Of a DNA stretch of 64,000 nucleotides, positions 26,417 through 36,098 are shown in pieces. Source of the DNA: Candidatus Aenigmatarchaeota archaeon. GTDB lineage: Archaea > Aenigmatarchaeota > Aenigmatarchaeia > PWEA01 > JACQIF01. The notes under the pieces were generated by a model, which made no database searches, was not told the DNA's origin, and saw only the letters and a list, made by a program, of their open reading frames with translations. Every line of letters begins with the position of its first letter. Position 1 is the first letter of the stretch. The DNA is taken from contig CP066684.1 of assembly GCA_016432325.1 (NCBI GenBank), positions 736,001 through 800,000 of the forward strand, given 5' to 3'. Both the position numbers and the translations under genes were made by a program.

Positions 26417-28425
26417 TCTCGCAACTGGTCCATCAGCCTTTTGCTCGGCTTCCAGCCAAGCGTGCGCGTGGCAGCGGTGGTATCTACTTTCACGCGGCGG
26501 TATGTAGGCGTGAGTTGCCTCGTGCGAGGGCCGTTCTTCTTCATCGCACGCAAAAGCGTTCCGCCTCCAAGAATCAGCGTGGATGCAAACCAGTGAGGAA
26601 CGTACACCGCACGCATCTTCGGATTGAGTTCGCTCAGGCGCAAGCGCAGCGCGTCTTCGAGTATGACGCTGTCCGGATGCACGATGTTGAAGACCTTGCC
26701 CGCGGAAGAGGCGTTCTGAAGGGCCCGTATGACAGCGTCTGCGACATCGTCCGCGTGAACCATCGCCAAAGGTTTCTTTCCGTCGATAAGGCACAAGAGA
26801 AGGCCGTTCATCCTGCGGCCCGATAGTTTCTCGAGAGTGCGTCCGCGGCCGAAGACGAGACCGGGGCGAAGTATGGTCCACGGAGGCTTGCCGGATAGAT
26901 GCGACAGCGCAACCTCTTCGGCCTGTTTCTTTGCGACGGTCGCCGCGCCGCGCTGATGCGGCTGTGATTCGAGAGGAGTCTCTTCGGTCATGACATCGCC
27001 GTTTTTGAGAGAAGCGTAGTCATAGATTCCCATGGAGCCGATATGTATCACGCGCTTCGCGCCTGTGCACGCCGCCACGTTCTGCGTGCCACGAACACTC
27101 GTGGAGATTATGAAGTCGCGACTGCCGCGCAGTGCTGCCGCGCCGTGTACGATTGCGTCCGCGCCTTTCGCAGCGTCCTTGACGTCCGCAAGATTCCTGA
27201 TGTCACCGAAACGTATTTCGACTCCGAGGCGTTCGAGCGCGTCGATGCGCGAGAGAGGCCGTACGAACGCCCGCACGCGATAGCCGTCTTTAACCAGACG
27301 TTCCACAATGGCAGAGCCGAGATAGCCGGCCGCACCCGTGACGAGCACCGTGCCGCGCTTCGCATCTTTCTGTTTTGAAGGCCGCGCTGTCGTGTCGAGG
27401 CGCAACCGTCCGCCTTGCTTCACGATTTGCTCCTCGACTTCGCTCACTGCGAGAGCCAGCTCTTGCGAGACGGGCGCAGGCCCGTTGCTTGCAAGAGCCG
27501 CATAAAACTCTTCAATGAGAACGTGCAAGCCGTGGTAAGGAACCAGACGCTTCGTAAGATGTTCGTAGATGTTCCTGAAGGTGCTGCCTGTCAGCTGGCG
27601 AGCCTTGTTCAGGTTCGCGCGCAGCCTGTAGAGGCGGCCTTCCTTTTCGACAAGCACGGTCATAGTCATGTAGTCCACTGTAACGGAGCCGCGCTCGCAC
27701 TGCACGCGGACGAAACGCGTTGGCGGTCGCGTGGCCATCGAGAGCACCGCATGCGCCGTTGCGGACGAGCCTTCCATGGTTATCTCTATATGGTCTGTGA
27801 GCCCTTGGGGAAGGGAGCCCGTCGCTTTGTGCGTCACGTGTACGTCGAGAGGTTTGCCGATAAGGTAGAGTGAGAGATAGAGCGGATGCGCAAAGACGTC
27901 GTGCATCGGTCCTCCTGGAAGACCGAAGCTCCAATGTACGTTTTCCTTCCTCGCAAGCTCCTGCTCCAGCGAGTATTGGCACTCGACGCGCACCACACGG
28001 CCCAGCGCGCCGCTCTGCACGATTTGGAAAGCTTCGCGAGTGCGCGGGTGGAAGAGCAGTATGAAATCCGGACATATCAGGACGCCTTTCTTGGCCGCGC
28101 GCCTGTATAGGTCCGCGGCCTCGGCGTGCGTCAGTGTCATCGGCTTTTCTATCAGAACGTTAACTCCGGCTTCTATAGCGCGCTTCGCCTGCTCGTAGTG
28201 GTAGAACGGAGGAGTCGTTATGTGCAGCACGTCGAGCTTCGTTTTGAGCAGTTCGTCCAGCGAGCCGTACGCGCGTGCGCCGCACTTCTCGGCGAAGCGC
28301 TTGGCGGCGTCGACGTTGACGTCGGCTACTCCAACGACCTGCGCGCCCGTTCTGGACAGGAACTTCACATGGTGTTCTGCGACAAAGCCGCAGCCGACGA
28401 TACCTACGCGCAAACGTCGAGACAT
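26413..28425 (-). CDS. Gfo/Idh/MocA oxidoreductase fused to an NAD-dependent epimerase/dehydratase
   Basis: GIVGCG...LIEKP; second domain LVTGAAGYLG...ILRPGLVFG. Confidence 0.85.
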   Translation of the reverse strand: MSRRLRVGIVGCGFVAEHHVKFLSRTGAQVVGVADVNVDAAKRFAEKCGARAYGSLDELLKTKLDVLHITTPPFYHYEQAKRAIEAGVNVLIEKPMTLTHAEAADLYRRAAKKGVLICPDFILLFHPRTREAFQIVQSGALGRVVRVECQYSLEQELARKENVHWSFGLPGGPMHDVFAHPLYLSLYLIGKPLDVHVTHKATGSLPQGLTDHIEITMEGSSATAHAVLSMATRPPTRFVRVQCERGSVTVDYMTMTVLVEKEGRLYRLRANLNKARQLTGSTFRNIYEHLTKRLVPYHGLHVLIEEFYAALASNGPAPVSQELALAVSEVEEQIVKQGGRLRLDTTARPSKQKDAKRGTVLVTGAAGYLGSAIVERLVKDGYRVRAFVRPLSRIDALERLGVEIRFGDIRNLADVKDAAKGADAIVHGAAALRGSRDFIISTSVRGTQNVAACTGAKRVIHIGSMGIYDYASLKNGDVMTEETPLESQPHQRGAATVAKKQAEEVALSHLSGKPPWTILRPGLVFGRGRTLEKLSGRRMNGLLLCLIDGKKPLAMVHADDVADAVIRALQNASSAGKVFNIVHPDSVILEDALRLRLSELNPKMRAVYVPHWFASTLILGGGTLLRAMKKNGPRTRQLTPTYRRVKVDTTAATRTLGWKPSKRLMDQLRD

Positions 28426-28446
28426 GAGAAGAAAAGCGCGAATGAC

Positions 28447-29364
28447 CTATTTAATGGCTACTTTGTACGCCTTCGTCAGCGCCGCGACATCGAACTTCTT
28501 CATCTTGAGGAACGCCTCGGTGACGCGCGCCACGGCCGCCGCGTCCTTGCTCGCCATCATCCCGTCGATGACTGTCGGAACGATTTGCCAAGATACGCCG
28601 TAACGGTCCTTCAACCAACCGCACTGCTCAGACTCGGGCACGGCCGAGAGCTTCCAGTAATAATCGATCTCTTTTTGGTCCTCGCAACGCACGATGAACG
28701 AAATGGCCTCGTTGAAAGCGAACTTGTGCTCGTGCGCGCTGTCCATGGCGCCAAACTCCTGGCCTTCGAGGATGAACGATGCGTATTTTACAGTTCCTTC
28801 TTTATCGGGCTCTTCGCCCTTACCGTGGCGGGCACGAACGTCTACTCCCGTATCGTGGAATACAGACGCGTAGAAACGGATCGCGTCCTCGGCCTTTCCG
28901 CAGACTTTTCCAACAAACATAAGAAAGGGCGTAATCCTTTGCTTAAACTCGCCTTCCACGAAGATGATTTGCCACGATAAACCGTAACGATCCTGGAGCC
29001 ATCCGTAACGCTTGCTGAACGGGTACGAACCAAGTTCCATCAGAACCGTGCCACCCTCAGAAAGTTTGGCCCAGATCGTGTCGACCTCCTCCATGCTCGC
29101 GCACTTGACGTGGAACGAAACGGACGGGTTGAACTTGAAGAGCGGGCCCGCGCTGATGGCCATGAAGTCGTATCCCAGTATTTTGAAAGAAACGATGTCG
29201 ACGGAGCCCGACGGGGTGTTGTGTATAGTCGTGACATTCCTTATTTCCGAATCCCCCGTGAAGGCCGAAACGTAGAACGCCGCGGCTTCCTTCGCTTCCT
29301 TGTCGAACCACAGGTGTGGGACGATTTTTTGTGACGCTGCTTGTGCTTCGCCTTTTGCCACCAT
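28447..29364 (-). CDS. VOC/PhnB family protein (tandem domains)
   Basis: KIVPHLWFD; GWL(Q/K)DRYG(L/V)SWQ twice. Confidence 0.9.
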   Translation of the reverse strand: MVAKGEAQAASQKIVPHLWFDKEAKEAAAFYVSAFTGDSEIRNVTTIHNTPSGSVDIVSFKILGYDFMAISAGPLFKFNPSVSFHVKCASMEEVDTIWAKLSEGGTVLMELGSYPFSKRYGWLQDRYGLSWQIIFVEGEFKQRITPFLMFVGKVCGKAEDAIRFYASVFHDTGVDVRARHGKGEEPDKEGTVKYASFILEGQEFGAMDSAHEHKFAFNEAISFIVRCEDQKEIDYYWKLSAVPESEQCGWLKDRYGVSWQIVPTVIDGMMASKDAAAVARVTEAFLKMKKFDVAALTKAYKVAIK

Positions 29365-29468
29365 CGCCACCCCATTCAAATGCCCTTCGGCGCCATATAT
29401 AATGTTGCCCTTAACCGGGCCTCCGTTGGATTCCATTTGCATTTATTAAGCGTCTGCGCATCTAGTCC

Positions 29469-30659
29469 ATGAAACCGTTCATTCTTCTGGCCATCGTCTT
29501 CATAGCCGGGTGCGTGGCGTCCTCTGAGCTGCCTCCGCTCGCCGCGTCTGAAGAAGGTGGCACGGGACCGTCAGGCGAGAGTACACCCGACACAACGCAG
29601 GATGTCGATTCCATCAACGAAACAGAAGCCGAGGAGCCGCTCTCTTATGAAGAAACGGTTTGGAAGGAGAGGGTTGACGCCGCTCTGGAGCCCGCGTCCT
29701 GCCCGGCGTTGCGCAAGAAAACGTATCCGGAAGGATATTATAAGGGACCTCTCATAGACACGCACCTGCACATTCCCTCGATTCCGACCTCGCCGCCCGG
29801 CGAGGAGGACGAGGAAGAGGACCAATTCCCGCGTCTCGGCGTCAACGTGAAGGTGGCTGATGTGGTGTGCACACTAAAGCACGAAAACACGAAGAGCGCG
29901 TTCGTGTTCTTCCCGGTCTCAAGGGACGAATACGAAATTTCTGTGGAGGTCGTGAACAGGACGATGCGAACATACGATGTCTTCGTCCCTTTCATAATGC
30001 CGCCGGACGATGACGGTTCACCGACAGGCTACCCCACCGTGGACGCTGATAAGCTGGAAAAGATGATTGGCGTGTATCCAGAGCTGTTCGAGGGATACGG
30101 CGAGATAGGCCTATATGAACGCCGGGGAGGAGCGGCCGAGCTGCCGCCGGATTCCGAGAGGCTGACGAACATCTATCCCATCGTTAGGGAGCACGAACTC
30201 GCGGTCTATTTCCATCCCGGCGAGGATCAGGAAGAGAGTCTGGAGCGCGTTCTCGATGCTTACCCAGACGTCAACTTCATCGTTCACGGCGAGCAGATAG
30301 AGGACGAGATTGCCGGCCTGATGTCCAGACACGACAATGTCTATTTCACCGTCAACGACCTCTATGGTGACCAGTACCTCCTGCATCCCGGCGAAGACGT
30401 GGACAGTTTCCTTGCCGCCACAGACGAATATGAGCCCCTCCTTGAGAAGGACCTCGGCACGTGGAAGAGCCGCATCGAAGCGCATCCCGATCAGTTCGTC
30501 TGGGGCACGGATCGCGGAGGAATCGCCGTGTGGACGTTCGACAAAGCCGTTGGAGAGCGCCTGAACGACTACGGGCGCGCTTTCATCGGCCGCCTGAACC
30601 CGGATGTGCAGGAGAAATTCGCCTACAGGAATGCCGAGAGGATAGTCGAGGGAAGATAG
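29469..30659 (+). CDS. Lipoprotein with an amidohydrolase domain
   Basis: Lipobox IAGC; IDTHLH, GYGEIG, VYFH, IVHG, WGTD. Confidence 0.8.
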   Translation: MKPFILLAIVFIAGCVASSELPPLAASEEGGTGPSGESTPDTTQDVDSINETEAEEPLSYEETVWKERVDAALEPASCPALRKKTYPEGYYKGPLIDTHLHIPSIPTSPPGEEDEEEDQFPRLGVNVKVADVVCTLKHENTKSAFVFFPVSRDEYEISVEVVNRTMRTYDVFVPFIMPPDDDGSPTGYPTVDADKLEKMIGVYPELFEGYGEIGLYERRGGAAELPPDSERLTNIYPIVREHELAVYFHPGEDQEESLERVLDAYPDVNFIVHGEQIEDEIAGLMSRHDNVYFTVNDLYGDQYLLHPGEDVDSFLAATDEYEPLLEKDLGTWKSRIEAHPDQFVWGTDRGGIAVWTFDKAVGERLNDYGRAFIGRLNPDVQEKFAYRNAERIVEGR

Positions 30660-30660
30660 G

Positions 30661-31824
30661 ATGCACTACAAGACGTTCCTTATAGTCGGGATTCTTCTCT
30701 CCGCGGGTTGCGTAGGAGAGAAACAAGAGTACGAACCCACCGGAAACGCGACGATCGGGTACATAGGATGCTCGAATACACGGGAGACGGTTGAAGGATA
30801 TTATCACAATGGCGGCTCGCAGATGTGGCACTACGACAAGAGGTATGATTCCGGTACTGTTGTTGACTGGGCGCGTGACGCGGAAAGCGACTATTGGGAA
30901 GTATTTGATGACCTAACCGATAGAAATCCAAGGACCAAGATAATATGGTGGGAGCTTTGCATAATGGACGGCGAGAGGGAAACGAGTTACGAACACGCCG
31001 CCATCGTATTAGACCGCATAAGAGAACGGATCCCGGACGCGGTAATCTACGTATCGCCGCTCGCGGAATACACGGACGGAGTGTGTGAAATAACAGGCAC
31101 GTGGGGATTGGAAAAAGCGCAGGAGTTGGCGTCGGAACTGGACGATAAGAACGAGGATGTATCCCTTGGTCCTGTCCTTGGGCCGATGACTCCGGAGTTT
31201 ACGCGCGAAGACGGATGCCATCTTAGCCAGGACGGAAAATGGAACTTGGGCCGCCAGCTAAGGAAGTTCTTCGACGCGCCCGGCAGCGCGACCGTTGGAT
31301 ACATCGGATGCTCTAACACAAGGCAGACAATCGACGGCTACCGCATGGTAGGAGGCACCGAGATATGGGAACCGAACCAAGCCTCGCACAGAGACTATGA
31401 CAGCGGTTCCGTGGAAGGTTGGGCGAGGATGGAAGACAATTTTTGGAGAAACTTTGATATTTACCTGGAATGGAATCCCAACACGACAACGATGTGGTGG
31501 GAGTTGTGCGTTCCAGAAGATCACGCGACGCCGTACGAAGGGGCCGTTGTCGTACTGAACGAGGTTCGCGCACGAATACCCGGAGTCACTTTTTACGTAA
31601 CCCCCCTTCCGGACTACACAGAAGGCGTGTGCAGGATAACGGGCACGGCAGGAATTGAACGGGCGCGCGCCCTGGCGCTCGAGCTGGACGAGCGCAACGA
31701 GGACGTGCTTATGGGCCCGGAGCTGGGTCCCATGACACCCGAATATACAGATGCGGACGGATGCCATCTCACCGTCGAGGGAGCGCGCGCGTTGGGCGAG
31801 CAGCTGAAAGAGTTCTTCGGCTAG
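30661..31824 (+). CDS. Lipoprotein with two tandem SGNH-like domains
   Basis: Lipobox SAGC; repeated IGCSNT...WWELC...DGCHL. Confidence 0.7.
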   Translation: MHYKTFLIVGILLSAGCVGEKQEYEPTGNATIGYIGCSNTRETVEGYYHNGGSQMWHYDKRYDSGTVVDWARDAESDYWEVFDDLTDRNPRTKIIWWELCIMDGERETSYEHAAIVLDRIRERIPDAVIYVSPLAEYTDGVCEITGTWGLEKAQELASELDDKNEDVSLGPVLGPMTPEFTREDGCHLSQDGKWNLGRQLRKFFDAPGSATVGYIGCSNTRQTIDGYRMVGGTEIWEPNQASHRDYDSGSVEGWARMEDNFWRNFDIYLEWNPNTTTMWWELCVPEDHATPYEGAVVVLNEVRARIPGVTFYVTPLPDYTEGVCRITGTAGIERARALALELDERNEDVLMGPELGPMTPEYTDADGCHLTVEGARALGEQLKEFFG

Positions 31825-31840
31825 ACGGTCGCCTCGACTC

Positions 31841-33391
31841 TCACCCTGAATGATTTTCAGACAGCATCCGGTTCCACTTGGCCCACAAGTCTTCCGCGGG
31901 CTTGCCCCTTACAGAGAGGTCCGGGCAAAGCGGGTTCTCCCAATGGGTATATCCAAACTGGACGTAACCGATTACAAACGGCCTCTGGCTCATCGCCCTG
32001 AAATAAGCGTTTACGGTTCTTGCCTGATCCTCAGGACCAAATTCATACGGACCGCCTTCCAGTACATCTTCCTCGCTTCCCATCCACGCGACAGAGCTGA
32101 TGTTGTAGAAGGTGGCTCCTCTCCACGTCTCTTTCACGTTGAAGTATGTCGTTCTTACCAAGACGGGCTTGTCGAATTCGTCATAGAGCACCTTTGTTCC
32201 GTCGAGCATCTTCCCCGCACCTTCCTCCAACTCGGCGTCCGTGGGACTGTCTTCCAACGAAATGGAATGGTCAATTGCTATGTAAAAGTAGTCTAGTTCG
32301 TCGGCCCATGTTATGTATTCCGCGGAAGGAACGACGCCGTAACCTTGGAAGCTCCAGACCATCTGCCCCACATCTCCGGAGAAGTTCTTCTTTATCGCCT
32401 GGAATATTCTTCTCCAGCGCTCATCCTTGTCGGCACCCTGATAGTCGTTTCCAACGGCATAGTGAATCGAGTCGACGCCCGTTTCCTCTGCAACGATTGC
32501 CATGCGAACCAAATAGCCCTCGACCTCGGAGAAATACGCGTCCCACCACTCGTCGCTCCTGTTCCTGAAATCCAGCGTTTCGCAGCACGTCTGGGGACCG
32601 AGCATTACCTTGAGTCCTTGGCTTTTGTAGGCCAGAATCTCTTCCTTCAGCTTTTCTTCATTCGGATAGTTTGGATTCTCGCCAACGTTGTTCACCACCT
32701 TCGGCAGGCCGTCTACCATAGTCAGCTGTTCCGCGGGATCAATCTCGACCCATCCGTAGCCGTTGTTTTTCAGGTGCGCCGCTGTCGAGCCGAAGAAATC
32801 GTCGAACGCGGGAACGTAGAAGTCCTCGATAACCTGCCCGGACCTGAACTCAATTCCGTTAATCCGCGGCGAGAAGGTCCCTTCAGGCTCTATCGGAGAC
32901 GTCTTTACTATCTCCGTTCCCGCGGCAGGGAACCATCTCCATCTTCCCACAGCGTCCTTCTGAACCTTGCCGTTCTCGAATTTGGTCTCTCTGCCCTGCC
33001 TCGTCCAGAAGTAGTCGTTTGTGTCGGGTTCGAGATACTCTGCCGTATGATAGTCGTACCCGTTCCTGCCGTACCTGTACCTGACGTTGCCGTTTTCTGC
33101 AAGGGTTTCCAGTTCGTTGATAGAAACGTTATGGCCGTATGTGGAGACTCCGATTTTGTCCATCTTGTAGCCCTTCTGGTTGTGAAGGTAAATCCAGACA
33201 GTGTCTCCGTCCAACGTGTTCGAAGGTACATCGACCTCGAACGTCATGACCGCATTTTCACGCAACGCGCTTTCTTGGGCATTCGCTCTTTCTATTTCAG
33301 CCGTATATTCGGGGTCGATGCTGAGATTCTTCAAAAAGAAAAGTCCCAGAATTACTATTACAACCGCTCCTGCAACAACTCGACTCTTCAT
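31841..33391 (-). CDS. Membrane-anchored glycoside hydrolase (GH113-like TIM barrel) with an N-terminal CBM-like domain
   Basis: GLKVML, WRRIFQAIKKNFSG, W..LDY, DKPVL, QA..AYF, SVRGKPAE. Confidence 0.6.
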   Translation of the reverse strand: MKSRVVAGAVVIVILGLFFLKNLSIDPEYTAEIERANAQESALRENAVMTFEVDVPSNTLDGDTVWIYLHNQKGYKMDKIGVSTYGHNVSINELETLAENGNVRYRYGRNGYDYHTAEYLEPDTNDYFWTRQGRETKFENGKVQKDAVGRWRWFPAAGTEIVKTSPIEPEGTFSPRINGIEFRSGQVIEDFYVPAFDDFFGSTAAHLKNNGYGWVEIDPAEQLTMVDGLPKVVNNVGENPNYPNEEKLKEEILAYKSQGLKVMLGPQTCCETLDFRNRSDEWWDAYFSEVEGYLVRMAIVAEETGVDSIHYAVGNDYQGADKDERWRRIFQAIKKNFSGDVGQMVWSFQGYGVVPSAEYITWADELDYFYIAIDHSISLEDSPTDAELEEGAGKMLDGTKVLYDEFDKPVLVRTTYFNVKETWRGATFYNISSVAWMGSEEDVLEGGPYEFGPEDQARTVNAYFRAMSQRPFVIGYVQFGYTHWENPLCPDLSVRGKPAEDLWAKWNRMLSENHSG

Positions 33392-33449
33392 GCGATTAGT
33401 AGGAATATCACTATAAAATACCTTTATTAAGAGTCCGTCCATCTAACCT

Positions 33450-34259
33450 ATGAAACAGTTCGTTCTGCTGTTGGTCATTGTTTTCGTGGCCGGTTGCATC
33501 GGCGGAGAACCGTACACCGAATCCATCGCCGTTCCGGATCATGGCGGGATGGCGGCGGCCAACGAATCCGTTTCCATTGAAACTCACTCAGGGGAAGCCA
33601 TCGTTCGCTGGGAATATGACAGAGAAGCGTCCGAGTGGAAACCCCGCGGAGACCCTCCGGAATGCCCGGCAGTCGTGATGCAGACGCCCGTCGATATCGA
33701 TATTGCGACGTCGATCCTTTATCCTGGCCAAGAGCGGACCGGCGACTACAAGCCCCACGGCGGCTTCCGTTTTGACAACTCCGACAACGCCATAGAGGTT
33801 CGCGCGCCGTTTGACGGGTACATGTTCAGGGGCAGCCGCTCTCTCTCAAACGGCGAGATACAGTACAGTTTGGACGTGGTCCATCCGTGCGGGATCGTGT
33901 ACAGGTTAGGTCACATTCTTGAGCTGCCGCCCAAATGGGCCGCTGTGGCTGAGAAGTTCCGCGAGCCGACGGAAGGCGACACGCGGACCACGGAAGTCGA
34001 ACCGGTTCGCGTCGAAACCGGAGAGGTTCTGGCCACGAAGGTCGGTTTGGAGAACAACGTCTTCGTCGATTGGGGAGTTTACGATCTGCGTCAGAGGAAC
34101 GAGGCTTCGCAAGACCCCGCGTGGGCAGCCGAGCGCGGAGGCGAGCACGCGTCTTACGCGCTTTGCTGGTTCGAACTCCTGCCGCCAGATGACGAGCAGG
34201 CCGTCAGGGCGCTTCCGCCTGCCGACGGCACGATGGGCACGACGAGCGACTACTGTTAA
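33450..34259 (+). CDS. Lipoprotein with an M23-like (hybrid-motif) domain
   Basis: Lipobox VAGC; KPHGGFRFD, EVRAPFDG, YRLGHI, VETGEVL. Confidence 0.6.
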   Translation: MKQFVLLLVIVFVAGCIGGEPYTESIAVPDHGGMAAANESVSIETHSGEAIVRWEYDREASEWKPRGDPPECPAVVMQTPVDIDIATSILYPGQERTGDYKPHGGFRFDNSDNAIEVRAPFDGYMFRGSRSLSNGEIQYSLDVVHPCGIVYRLGHILELPPKWAAVAEKFREPTEGDTRTTEVEPVRVETGEVLATKVGLENNVFVDWGVYDLRQRNEASQDPAWAAERGGEHASYALCWFELLPPDDEQAVRALPPADGTMGTTSDYC

Positions 34260-34292
34260 GCGCCCTCAACTTTTTGGTAGTAAGAGTCTTGC

Positions 34293-36068
34293 CTATCCTT
34301 TGAAAATACGTTGTGCATTCTCGTAGGCGTACTTCTCCTGCACGGCCGGATTGAGACGCCCGATGAATGCGCGCGTGTAGTTGTTCAGCGTCAGCGCAAC
34401 TTCGGGATCCAGAGACCATGGAGAGCTCCAGCCGCGGTCCGTGTCCCACAGAACCTGGTTCGGATGGCGCTCGGTGAAGCCTTTCCACGTGCCGAGGTCC
34501 TTCTCAAGAAGCGGTTCGTAGTCCGCAAAGTGCGCCAGGAACTCCTCCTTGCTGACCTCCGGACGCATCAGGAACTCGTCCCCGTAAAGCTCGTCCACTC
34601 CGTAGTAGACGTTGGGATGATTGTCCAGTATCTCCTCGATGTGCTCAAGGTTCTGGACGCCGTTCTCGTAGGGAATCAGCTGGTCTCCGTGAAAAATGAA
34701 CGTTATGTCCGGGTTCGCGCTTAGAACGTTCTCGTACGCCTCCTGCTGGCCTTCGCCCAGATGGAAGTAGACGACAAGCCCGTGCTCGCGCACGACGGGG
34801 TATATTTCCATAAGTCTTTGAGAGTCCGGCGGAAGCGCAGCAGCGCCGCCTTGGCGCGCGTAAAGCCCTATCTCGCCGTAGCCTTCGAAAAGTCCCGGCT
34901 CGACGTCTAACATCTCTTCCAGCGTTTCGGCATCGACTGTCGGGTAGCCGTCAGGACTTCCGTCATCGTCCGGCGGCATTATGAAAAGGATGAAACGATC
35001 GGGATATTCTTCGGTTGTTTTCCTAACGACCTCAACCTGCTGCTCTATTATAGGTTCCCATACAGGGAAGAATCCTATCGCCTTCTCTGTGCCCTCGACG
35101 TCGAGCGCGCATACGATGGTGTCCATTCCCATGTTGACTCCAAGCGTCGGAACGTCGCCCGCGTCCAGCTCGTCGCCAGGCCCGCCGTCGGGCAACGAGG
35201 CGATGTGCATGTGCGTGTCAAACATAGGACCTTTGTAGTAGCCGTCGGGCAGTCCGTTAGGGTCTCTTGGTGCTGGACAATCGACAGGCTCGAACGCCGC
35301 GTCTATTCGTTCGTTCCAATAGAGCTGCTCTGACGACAGCTCCTCTGTTGCTGAGGCGCCCTCCGTTATGTCAACGAGTTCGGTTCGTTGCCCATCCTCC
35401 AACGCGACTTCCAGAACGACCCAGCCTGCGTCAGGGCAGTAGTACTTGTGCGTGTCCGAGCCCGTTTCCAGAGGGGTCCAGTCCCTGGTTTTCAGGCAAC
35501 CAGCGAACGTGCCCGAGCGCATCGTGACCGTTTCGTCCAGCGCGAGCACCTCGCCCATATCCTCCGCAACGCCCGCGTAATACTCCTGCCTGTACGAGTC
35601 ACCGACGCGCGGGTCGGCCTTCATGATTATTCCGGGTTGCGCGTCGTCGACACCCGCCTCCCATGAACCTTCCGTGTTCACGACGGAACCGTCTTCCAGC
35701 TCTTTCGAATCCTCGCCGAAGTACCAGACGTTGCCTTCCGCGTCTTGCGCGTACCAGTCTTTCGTGTCTTCGATTAGTTCGCCGTCGAGCCAGACGCGGT
35801 CCCAAACCACGCGCGCTGTCACGCCCATCACGACGCGCGTCTCGTTGGTTACGTAAACTTCGATGCGTTCAAGGCCGTCTTCCGTATCGCTCTCGTATAC
35901 GAAATTGTTTCCGGGCACAGCAGTGAAATAGCGGTTCGTGATGTCCGATACGAAATCGGAGGGCTCGATGAGAGGGGCGTAGCCTGCGGTTTTCGAATCT
36001 CCCGTTTCAGCCGCCCCGAGGCAGCCGCCGATGAGGATAACAACGACGAGTAACAATGGCGATCTCAT
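34293..36068 (-). CDS. Lipoprotein with a beta-rich domain plus an amidohydrolase domain (paralog of 29469)
   Basis: Lipobox IGGC; FDTHMH, GYGEIG, VYFH; near-identical segments shared with 29469-30659. Confidence 0.8.
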   Translation of the reverse strand: MRSPLLLVVVILIGGCLGAAETGDSKTAGYAPLIEPSDFVSDITNRYFTAVPGNNFVYESDTEDGLERIEVYVTNETRVVMGVTARVVWDRVWLDGELIEDTKDWYAQDAEGNVWYFGEDSKELEDGSVVNTEGSWEAGVDDAQPGIIMKADPRVGDSYRQEYYAGVAEDMGEVLALDETVTMRSGTFAGCLKTRDWTPLETGSDTHKYYCPDAGWVVLEVALEDGQRTELVDITEGASATEELSSEQLYWNERIDAAFEPVDCPAPRDPNGLPDGYYKGPMFDTHMHIASLPDGGPGDELDAGDVPTLGVNMGMDTIVCALDVEGTEKAIGFFPVWEPIIEQQVEVVRKTTEEYPDRFILFIMPPDDDGSPDGYPTVDAETLEEMLDVEPGLFEGYGEIGLYARQGGAAALPPDSQRLMEIYPVVREHGLVVYFHLGEGQQEAYENVLSANPDITFIFHGDQLIPYENGVQNLEHIEEILDNHPNVYYGVDELYGDEFLMRPEVSKEEFLAHFADYEPLLEKDLGTWKGFTERHPNQVLWDTDRGWSSPWSLDPEVALTLNNYTRAFIGRLNPAVQEKYAYENAQRIFKG

Positions 36069-36098
36069 GACCAAACATTCGCGACCCCGTATAAATGC

